NCBI GenBank assembly: GCA_963771355.1
Contig: CAVYTA010000006.1
Location: forward strand, 1,504,001 to 1,568,000
Origin: an uncultured Candidatus Rokubacteria bacterium
GTDB lineage: Bacteria > Methylomirabilota > Methylomirabilia > Rokubacteriales > CSP1-6
Length of the DNA stretch: 64,000 nt
Direction of reading: 5' to 3'
Shown piece by piece: positions 56,822-64,000 of this stretch. Numbering within the stretch: position 1 is the stretch's first letter; the number at the start of each line of letters is the position of its first letter. The notes beneath the pieces were generated by a model, which had not been told where the DNA came from, did not search any database, and saw only the letters and a list, made by a program, of their open reading frames with translations. The position numbers and the translations under genes are program-made.

Positions 56822-58063
56822 GTGACTGAGATCAAAGCGCTGCCCGCCTACACCATCCTCCCCTTCGTGGCCATGCTGCTGAGCATCGCCGTCCTGCCGC
56901 TCTGGACGCCGCACTGGTGGGAGCGCAACCGGAACAAGCTCCTCGTCTCCGCGGTCCTGGGCCTCCCGGTGCTCGTGCTCTATCTGGCGCGCCGGCCCGC
57001 CGCCCTCGTGCACATGGGCGAGGACTACGTCTCCTTCATCGTGCTGCTCGCCGGGCTCTTCGTGATCTCGGGCGGTGTCCTGCTCCGCGGCGACCTCAGC
57101 GCCACCCCGCTCGTCAATTCAGCCTTCCTCGCGGTGGGGGCCGTCCTGGCCTCCGCGGTGGGCACCACCGGCGCCTCCATGCTGCTGATCCGCCCCCTGC
57201 TCCAGACCAACCGCGAGCGAACCCGGCGCAAGCACACCGTGGTGTTCTTCATCTTTCTCGTCTCCAATGTCGGCGGCATGCTCACCCCGCTGGGCGATCC
57301 CCCCCTGTTCCTCGGCTATCTCGAGGGGGTCCCCTTCACCTGGACGCTCCGGCTCTGGCCCCAGTGGCTCCTCCTGACCGGCGCCCTGCTCCTGACCTAC
57401 TTCGTGTGGGACTCGATTGCCTACGCGCGGGAGCCGCTCGCCGCCCTGCGGCTCGACCGCGCCCAGATCGAGCCGCTCCGGCTGCGCGGGTCTACCAATG
57501 CGGTCTGGCTGGCGGGAGTGATCCTGGCGGTGGCCTTCCTGCGCGCGCCGCTCCGGGAGGTCGCCATCGTCCTCCTGGCCGCGCTGTCGCTCTGGCGAAC
57601 GCCCGCCGCCATCCGGCGCGCCAACGGCTTCACGTGGTATCCGATCATCGAGGTCGCGGTGCTCTTTCTGGGGATCTTCCTCACCATGATTCCCGCGCTG
57701 GAGCTCCTGCGGCTGCGGGGTGGTGAGCTGGGGGTCCGGACGCCGGCGCAGTTCTTCTGGGCGGCGGGGGCGCTCTCGTCGTTCCTCGACAATGCGCCGA
57801 CCTACCTCGCCTTCCTGGCGCTGGGACAGGGCCTGGGGCTGGCCGGTGAGGTGGTCGGGGTGCCGGCAGCCATTCTCGCCGCCATCAGCGTGGGGGCGGT
57901 GGCGATGGGGGCGAACACCTATATCGGGAACGCCCCCAACTTCATGGTGAAGTCGATCGCGGAAGAAACCGGGGTGAAGATGCCGAGCTTCTTCGGCTAC
58001 ATGCTCTACAGTGGGGCAATCCTGATCCCGCTCTTCGTGCTCGTGACGCTCCTCTTCTTCTGA
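56822..58063 (+). CDS. IT-superfamily sodium:proton antiporter / putative carboxylate transporter
   Basis: GTTGASMLLIRP, NVGGMLTPLGDPPLFLG, SSFLDNAPTY, TYIGNAPNFMVK. Confidence 0.9.
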   Translation: MTEIKALPAYTILPFVAMLLSIAVLPLWTPHWWERNRNKLLVSAVLGLPVLVLYLARRPAALVHMGEDYVSFIVLLAGLFVISGGVLLRGDLSATPLVNSAFLAVGAVLASAVGTTGASMLLIRPLLQTNRERTRRKHTVVFFIFLVSNVGGMLTPLGDPPLFLGYLEGVPFTWTLRLWPQWLLLTGALLLTYFVWDSIAYAREPLAALRLDRAQIEPLRLRGSTNAVWLAGVILAVAFLRAPLREVAIVLLAALSLWRTPAAIRRANGFTWYPIIEVAVLFLGIFLTMIPALELLRLRGGELGVRTPAQFFWAAGALSSFLDNAPTYLAFLALGQGLGLAGEVVGVPAAILAAISVGAVAMGANTYIGNAPNFMVKSIAEETGVKMPSFFGYMLYSGAILIPLFVLVTLLFF

Positions 58064-58093
58064 GCTTTGCCCGTCTTAGCTTGGCTTGGCCGC

Positions 58094-60046
58094 CTACTCT
58101 TCCTCGCCGTACTGGTCCTTGAGGCGCGCCACCACGGTGGGGTCGGCCAGCGTGGTGGTATCGCCCAGCGCCTTGCCCTCCGCGATGTCGCGGAGCAGCC
58201 GCCGCATGATCTTGCCGGAGCGGGTCTTGGGGAGATCGGCGGCGAAGATGAGGTCGTCGGGACGGGCGAGCGCCCCGATCTTCTTGCTCACATGCCCCTT
58301 GAGCTCGTCCATGAGCTCCTTGGAGCCCTGATGGCCGTCCTTGACGGTGACGAAGGCGGCAATCGCCTGCCCCTTGATCTCGTGCGGTCGCCCGATCACC
58401 GCCGCCTCCGCGACCTTGGGATGATCCACCAGGGCGGACTCCACCTCCATGGTGGAGACGCGGTGGCCCGAGACGTTCATGACGTCGTCCACCCGGCCGA
58501 GGAGCCAGAAGTAGCCGTCCTCATCCTGCTTGGCTCCGTCGCCGGTGAAGTAGATGCCCGGGTACTTGCTCCAGTACTGCGCCTGGAAGCGCTGCGGGTC
58601 GCGGTAGATGCCGCGCAGCATCCCCGGCCACGGCTTGGTGAGGACGAGATAGCCGGCCTTGGCCGGCTCGCCCTTGTCATTGACCACCTGAGCCTCGATA
58701 CCGGGGAAGGCCTTGGTGGCGGAGCCGGGCTTGAGCACGGTGATCCCGGGGAGCGGGGTGATCATGATGTGGCCCGTCTCGGTTTGCCACCACGTGTCCA
58801 CCACCGGGCAGCGCCCGCCGCCGATGACCTTCCAGTACCAGACCCAGGCTTCGGGATTGATGGGCTCACCTACCGATCCCAGGAGCCGGAGGGTCGAGAG
58901 GTCACAGCGGTTCGGGTACTGGTCGCCCCAGCGCATGAAGGTGCGAATGGCGGTGGGCGCGGTATAGCAGATGGTGATGCCGTGGCGCTCGATGACGCGC
59001 CAGAAGCGGTCCTTGTCGGGGAAGTCCGGGGTGCCCTCGTACATCACGGTGGTGGCGCCGTTGGCGAGGGGCCCGTAGACGACGTAGGAGTGCCCGGTCA
59101 CCCAGCCGATGTCGGCGGTGCACCAGTACACGTCCGTGTCCTTCAGGTCGAAGACCCAGTTGGTGGTCGCATACACGCCGGTGAGGTAGCCGCCGGTGGT
59201 GTGCTGGATGCCCTTGGGCTTGCCCGTCGAGCCCGAGGTGTAGAGGAGATACAGCATGTCCTCCGCGTCCATCTTCTCCGGCGGGCAATGGGCGGGGGCG
59301 TCCTTCACGAAGTCCGTCCACCAGATGTCCCGCCCCGAGACCATCGGAACGTCCTGCCCGGTGCGCTTGAGCACCACCACCGTCCTGACGTCGGGGCACT
59401 CCTTGAGCGCGGCGTCCACGTTGAGCTTCAGGGGCACGATGCCGCCCCGGCGGTAGCCGCCGTCGGCGGTGATCAACACCGTGGATTCTGCGTCGTGAAT
59501 GCGGTCGCGGACCGCGTCGGGAGCAAAGCCGCCGAAGATGACGCTGTGGGGCGCCCCGATGCGCGTGCACGCGAGCATGGCGATGGCGGCCTCGGGCACC
59601 ATGGGCATGTAGATGGTGACGCGATCGCCCCGCTTGACCCCATGCTGCTTGAGGGCCGCGGCGAAGCGATTCACCTCGCGGTAGAGGTCCCAGTAGGTCA
59701 GGGTGCGGGTGTCGCCGGGCTCCCCCTCCCAGATGAGGGCGGCCTTGGTGCGGCGGGCGGTGGTGATGTGCCGGTCCAGGCAGTTGTACGAGACATTGAG
59801 CTTGCCGCCGAGGAACCACTTGGCGTTGGGCGCCTTCCACGCCAGCGTCTTCTTCCACGGCGTGAACCAGTGGAGCTGCTTCGCCCAGCCCTCCCAGAAC
59901 TTCAGGGGGTTCTTCGCCGCCTCCTTGTAGATGGAGGGACGGTTGATGTTCGCCTTCTTCGCGAAGTCCTTGGGGGGCGGGAACTTCCGCCGCTCCTTGA
60001 GAAGGGCCTCGATCGGGGTCGCGCCGCCAGCGGGCTTGCTCGCCAT
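58094..60046 (-). CDS. acs: acetate--CoA ligase
   Basis: [44 protein letters not shown]. Confidence 0.98.
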   Translation of the reverse strand: MASKPAGGATPIEALLKERRKFPPPKDFAKKANINRPSIYKEAAKNPLKFWEGWAKQLHWFTPWKKTLAWKAPNAKWFLGGKLNVSYNCLDRHITTARRTKAALIWEGEPGDTRTLTYWDLYREVNRFAAALKQHGVKRGDRVTIYMPMVPEAAIAMLACTRIGAPHSVIFGGFAPDAVRDRIHDAESTVLITADGGYRRGGIVPLKLNVDAALKECPDVRTVVVLKRTGQDVPMVSGRDIWWTDFVKDAPAHCPPEKMDAEDMLYLLYTSGSTGKPKGIQHTTGGYLTGVYATTNWVFDLKDTDVYWCTADIGWVTGHSYVVYGPLANGATTVMYEGTPDFPDKDRFWRVIERHGITICYTAPTAIRTFMRWGDQYPNRCDLSTLRLLGSVGEPINPEAWVWYWKVIGGGRCPVVDTWWQTETGHIMITPLPGITVLKPGSATKAFPGIEAQVVNDKGEPAKAGYLVLTKPWPGMLRGIYRDPQRFQAQYWSKYPGIYFTGDGAKQDEDGYFWLLGRVDDVMNVSGHRVSTMEVESALVDHPKVAEAAVIGRPHEIKGQAIAAFVTVKDGHQGSKELMDELKGHVSKKIGALARPDDLIFAADLPKTRSGKIMRRLLRDIAEGKALGDTTTLADPTVVARLKDQYGEEE

Positions 60047-60139
60047 GGGAAACCTCGCCTGATTGGGAGACTCGGTCGCGTCGCCGCGCCGGCTATCTTC
60101 TAAACCATCCCTCTTCGAACTGCAAGGGCCGGCCCCGCC

Positions 60140-61540
60140 TCAGCCGGAGCGCGGTGCGTCGCCGCCCTCCGCGGGCGCGATACGCCGCAACCCGTAGCGC
60201 ACCATCTTGTCGGAGAAGTTCTTGGGATCCATGTCGGCGTGCTTGGCGGCGGTGGTGAGCTTTCCCCCGTGGGCGTCGAGGAGACCCGCCACGTAGGCGC
60301 GCTCGAACTCCTCCACCACTCGCGCCTTGGCGTCGCGAAACGGCAGCGAGAGGTCTACCGCCGCGGGCGCGCCGCTGGGGGCCAGGAAGCGCTCCACCCC
60401 CGCAAGCACGTCGCCCTTGGCCACGATCACCGCGCGCTCGATCACGTTCTCCAGCTCGCGGACATTGCCCGGCCACGGGTAGGCGAGGAGGGCCTGCCGG
60501 CTCTCCGGCGCGATGCCGCGCAGGCTCTTCCGGCAGCGTCGGTTGGCGGACTCCAGGAAATGCTCGGCCAGCACCGGGATGTCCTCCGGCCGCTCGCGCA
60601 GCGGCGGCACCAGGATGGGCATCACGGCGAGGCGGTAGAACAGGTCGCGACGGAACGTCCCGCGCTCGGCCTCCGCCTGGAGGTCCTTGTTGGTGGTGGC
60701 GATGAAGCGGACGTCCACCTCCACCGGCCGGTCCGAGCCCACCGAGGTGACCTTCTTCTCCTCGATGGCGCGCAGGAGCTTGGACTGCAGATGCAGCGGC
60801 ATCTCGCCGATCTCGTCGAGCAGGAGGGTGCCACCGTTGGCCATCTGAAAGAGGCCGCGCCGGTGCTCGCTGGCGCCGGTGAAGGCGCCCTTCCGGAAGC
60901 CGAAGAGCTCCGACTCGAACAGCTCCGCCGGAATGGCCGCACAGTTCACCGCCACGAAGGGCCGCTCGCGCCGTGCGCCCGAGAAGTGTATGGAGCGCGC
61001 GAGCAGCTCCTTCCCCACCCCGGTCTCGCCGTGGATGAGGACGGTGGTGTCGAGGTCCACCACCGATTGCACGAGCTCGAACACCGCCTGCATGGACGCC
61101 CCCCGGGCGACGATGTTCTTGAAGGTGAAGCGCTCCTGGTTGCGGCGGATGGTGCGACGGCTCGCGGACTTGAGCTCCTGGAACTCGATGGCGCGGCGGA
61201 TGACGAGGAGCAGCTCGGCGACCTCGAACGGCTTGACCAGGTAATCCTCGGCCCCCAGCCGCATCGCCTCCACCGCCGACTCGATGGTGCCGTAGGCGGT
61301 CATCACCACCACCGCGAGGTCGGCATGGTCGGCCTTCACGCGCCGGACCAGCTCTACCCCGTCCATGCCGGGCAGCCGCTTGTCGGTGAGGACCACGTCC
61401 ACGTCCTCCACCTTGAGAGCGTCGAGCGCGTCTTCCGCACTCGGCACCGGGAGCACGTCATAGCCGGCCAGCTCCAGGGTCCGGTGAAGCGGCCGCAGGA
61501 ACACGTCGTCGTCTTCCACCAGCAGGATCTTCCGCTTCAT
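60140..61540 (-). CDS. sigma-54-dependent response regulator (NtrC family)
   Basis: REC (VEDD, TDKRLP), GETGVGKE, ESELFG..KGAFTGA, WPGNVRELEN, C-terminal HTH. Confidence 0.96.
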   Translation of the reverse strand: MKRKILLVEDDDVFLRPLHRTLELAGYDVLPVPSAEDALDALKVEDVDVVLTDKRLPGMDGVELVRRVKADHADLAVVVMTAYGTIESAVEAMRLGAEDYLVKPFEVAELLLVIRRAIEFQELKSASRRTIRRNQERFTFKNIVARGASMQAVFELVQSVVDLDTTVLIHGETGVGKELLARSIHFSGARRERPFVAVNCAAIPAELFESELFGFRKGAFTGASEHRRGLFQMANGGTLLLDEIGEMPLHLQSKLLRAIEEKKVTSVGSDRPVEVDVRFIATTNKDLQAEAERGTFRRDLFYRLAVMPILVPPLRERPEDIPVLAEHFLESANRRCRKSLRGIAPESRQALLAYPWPGNVRELENVIERAVIVAKGDVLAGVERFLAPSGAPAAVDLSLPFRDAKARVVEEFERAYVAGLLDAHGGKLTTAAKHADMDPKNFSDKMVRYGLRRIAPAEGGDAPRSG

Positions 61541-64000
61541 GACTCCCCTCCCGTGGCGATGGGATGGACCGCCGCCGCCGGCAGCGCGATGCGGACGCGA
61601 GTCCCCCCTCCCGGCGTGCTTTCGACCGTGATGTCGCCGCCGTGCAGGTCGACGATCTTCTTGACGATGGACATGCCGAGCCCGGTGCCCGACGGCTTCG
61701 TGGTGAAGAAGGGCAGGAAGATCTTCTCGCGGTCCTCGGCGCCGATGCCCACGCCGGTGTCGGACACCTCCACCACCACGCGGTCGTGATCGGCGCGCAG
61801 GTCCACCACCACCCGGCCGCCGCCCGCGCGCGGATCGATGGCCTCCAGCGCATTCTGCAGCACGTTGGCGAAGACCTGGCGAAGCTTCTGCCCGTCGCCG
61901 ACCGCCACCAGGTCCCGATCGGTTCGTCCATACGTGACCGTGATGTCGCGCGGGCGCCCGGTGGCGGCGGCCGACTCCACCACCGGATCGAGGATGCGCA
62001 TCACCTCGTACTCCGCCCGCTCCAGCCGCGTGTCGCGCGTGTAGTCGAGGAGGCTGTTGATGATCCCCTCGATCTCCCCGATGCCCGCCAGGATGGCGCG
62101 CGCCATCTCCTGCGACAAGGGCCGCGCGTCGAGATCGTCGGACGAGAGCAGGTTGGTCGCCATCTTGATCCCGCCCAGCGGGTTGCGGATCTCGTGGGCC
62201 ACACCCGCCGCCATCTCGCCGAGCGACGCCAGCTTCTCTCGCTGAATGAGCCGGCGCTGGGTCTCCACCTGCTCGGTGAGGTCGCGGAGCACGCCCACCG
62301 TGCCCATGAGCTGCCCGCGCGCGTCGAAGATGCAGCGGACGGCGAGGTGAGCGGGAAACGTCTGCCCCGCGCCGGTCACCCCGGCCACCTGCCCGCTCCA
62401 CCCCGTCCCGCCCACCACCGCTCGCGCGATGGCGGGGGCGGCGCGGCGGCGGTCGTCGGGGCCGAGCAGATCGGCGTAGCCGAGACCGGTGAGCCCGCGA
62501 TCGCCCAGGCCGAGCAGTCGCTGGCCGGCGGGATTCATGGTAACGAGCCGCCCGTTGACGTCGGCGGTGAAGATGCAGTCGTCCACGCTCTGGACCACAG
62601 AGGCGAGCAGGCGCTCGCCGCGCCGCACCTCCTCCTCGCTGACCTTGAGCGACTCCTGCATCTGGTGGAAGGAGGCCACCAGCTGCTGCGCCTCGTCCTT
62701 GGAGATGGTGAACCGGTCCTCCACGATCATGCGCGCGGCGGCGGCGCCCAGGGGGGCGGCGAGCAGGCGCTCGAACCGGATGCGCAGCTCGAGCAACTCC
62801 GGCACCGAGAGATCGGTGGGGGACTTGCCCCCGAACAGCTCCCGCGTGATGGCGCGCGCCTCTTCCTCGCCGACGAAATGGTGAACCAGCCGCTCGATCT
62901 CGGTGGGCGACAGGATGGCGGGCGCGCCCGCGCCGCCCTTGTCCTCCCCGCGCGCGCCCACGAAGGCGGCGGCCTGGGCCCGGTCGTCCCCGCGCTGCTC
63001 GGTCAGGAGAGAGACCAGGACGAAGAGCCCGGCATTGAGGAAGAGCGACCAGAACACGCCGTGGCTCAGCGGATCGAGCCCCTCCAGGCCGAGAAAGGCG
63101 GTGGGCCGGAACAGGCCGAGGCCGAAGGGGCCGTCGACGAGGAAGGTCGCCGTCAGCACCCCCTCCCTCTCCAGCGCGGGGATGATGAGGGTGTAGAGCC
63201 ACATGAAGAAGCCCGCCGAGATCCCTGCGAAGGCGCCCTGGCGGTTGCCACGCCGCCAGTACAGCCCGAGGAGGATGGCGGGCGCGCACTGGCTCACCGC
63301 CACGAACGACAGTAGTCCCATCTCCACCAGGAGGAACTGGCCGCGCTCCAGCCGCGCCCACATCAGACCCAGCGCCACCACTCCCAGCATCGCCAGCCGC
63401 GTGTAGAAGAGGGTGATCCAGTAGATGTCCTCCATGCTGCGGCGGCGCAGGAGCATGGGCAGGATCACGTCGTTGGTGATCATCTTGGAGAGCGCGAGCG
63501 AATCGACCACGATCATGGCGGTGGCGGCGGAAAATCCGCCGAGGAACACCACGATCGACATGAGCCGGTGGTCGAAGTGCAACGGCAGCCGGAGGATGAA
63601 GCTGTCCGCCTGCGCGCCCGCCTCCGGGAACACGGAGAGCCCGGCCAGCGCGATGGGCAGGACGAAGAGGTTGATGAGGAGGAGGTAGAGCGGAAACGAC
63701 CACGACAGGGTCCGCACGTCCCGCTCCTGCGCGTTCTGCACCACCAGGACGTGGAACTGGCGGGGCAGGAACATCACCGCCATCATCGAGATCACGAGCA
63801 TCGCCGCCCAGCGCGAATAGGAGGCGGTGGGGGGCTGGTCCAGGGTGAGGAGCCGCGACCAGCCGGGGTGCGCGGTGGCGCGGCCGAAGAGATCACCGAA
63901 GCCGTCGAAGAGCCCCCAGGTGACGTACACCCCCACGCAGAGAAAGGCCACCAGCTTGACCACGGACTCCACCGCCACCGCGGTCATGAGACCGGTCTGG
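61537..64000 (-). CDS. SLC5-fused PAS histidine kinase (CrbS/CbrA-like; 5' end outside window)
   Basis: ESVVKL, FLPRQFHV, GGFSAATAM, STAC-like ERLLAAPLGAAAAR, PAS, AHEIRNPL, QNALEA, FFTTK..GTGLG. Confidence 0.93.
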   Translation of the reverse strand, partial: QTGLMTAVAVESVVKLVAFLCVGVYVTWGLFDGFGDLFGRATAHPGWSRLLTLDQPPTASYSRWAAMLVISMMAVMFLPRQFHVLVVQNAQERDVRTLSWSFPLYLLLINLFVLPIALAGLSVFPEAGAQADSFILRLPLHFDHRLMSIVVFLGGFSAATAMIVVDSLALSKMITNDVILPMLLRRRSMEDIYWITLFYTRLAMLGVVALGLMWARLERGQFLLVEMGLLSFVAVSQCAPAILLGLYWRRGNRQGAFAGISAGFFMWLYTLIIPALEREGVLTATFLVDGPFGLGLFRPTAFLGLEGLDPLSHGVFWSLFLNAGLFVLVSLLTEQRGDDRAQAAAFVGARGEDKGGAGAPAILSPTEIERLVHHFVGEEEARAITRELFGGKSPTDLSVPELLELRIRFERLLAAPLGAAAARMIVEDRFTISKDEAQQLVASFHQMQESLKVSEEEVRRGERLLASVVQSVDDCIFTADVNGRLVTMNPAGQRLLGLGDRGLTGLGYADLLGPDDRRRAAPAIARAVVGGTGWSGQVAGVTGAGQTFPAHLAVRCIFDARGQLMGTVGVLRDLTEQVETQRRLIQREKLASLGEMAAGVAHEIRNPLGGIKMATNLLSSDDLDARPLSQEMARAILAGIGEIEGIINSLLDYTRDTRLERAEYEVMRILDPVVESAAATGRPRDITVTYGRTDRDLVAVGDGQKLRQVFANVLQNALEAIDPRAGGGRVVVDLRADHDRVVVEVSDTGVGIGAEDREKIFLPFFTTKPSGTGLGMSIVKKIVDLHGGDITVESTPGGGTRVRIALPAAAVHPIATGGES

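Noticed and set aside
30137..60070. Shared CCAATCAGG upstream of qor and acs
   Set aside because: Only 9 bp, overlaps the RBS region; may be chance.
60120..60137. Sigma-54 promoter for acs (GGGCCGGCCCTTGCA)
   Set aside because: Poor -24 match and directly abuts the upstream stop codon; not supportable.
73..63315. Many long alternative-frame and antisense ORFs (e.g. 73..1467, 36773..38959, 45054..47024, 53914..56208, 58067..60103)
   Set aside because: Shadows of recognisable genes; stop codons are scarce at this GC content; translations lack family motifs.

Overview
Very GC-rich bacterial chromosomal window with about 65 densely packed CDS. No rRNA, tRNA, CRISPR array, transposase or phage gene was seen. 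The gene repertoire and style suggest Candidatus Rokubacteria/Methylomirabilota, but this is inference only. Left to right: (1) CCA/HD nucleotidyltransferase, AlkZ-like and KaiC/RAD55-like operon, divergent from a GAF/HD-GYP phosphodiesterase; (2) lexA with a candidate new operator, preceded by a TatA/B protein fused to an Ada-like Zn domain; (3) HxlR-MATE locus; (4) acyl-CoA synthetase/LLM/enoyl-CoA hydratase catabolic operon; (5) aroG and a minimal PEP-CTERM-like gene with a sigma-54 promoter; (6) a membrane protein with duplicated PmoC/AmoC-like D-x3-H-x12-H motifs; (7) a Ser/Ser DapF, citrate synthase, AsmA, qor, an M16 peptidase pair, UDG, ilvA, a GT/AsnB-like pair, an adenylate cyclase-ATPase-TPR protein and a DksA-like gene; (8) an acetate-utilisation region (SLC5-fused sensor kinase, sigma-54 activator, acs, solute symporter, CBS-DUF294 nucleotidyltransferase, TM-HAMP-PAS-exonuclease). 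Many genes look leaderless. Several apparent frameshifts and one stop-less gene junction point to assembly errors. All family calls come from motif recognition by eye, not database searches.
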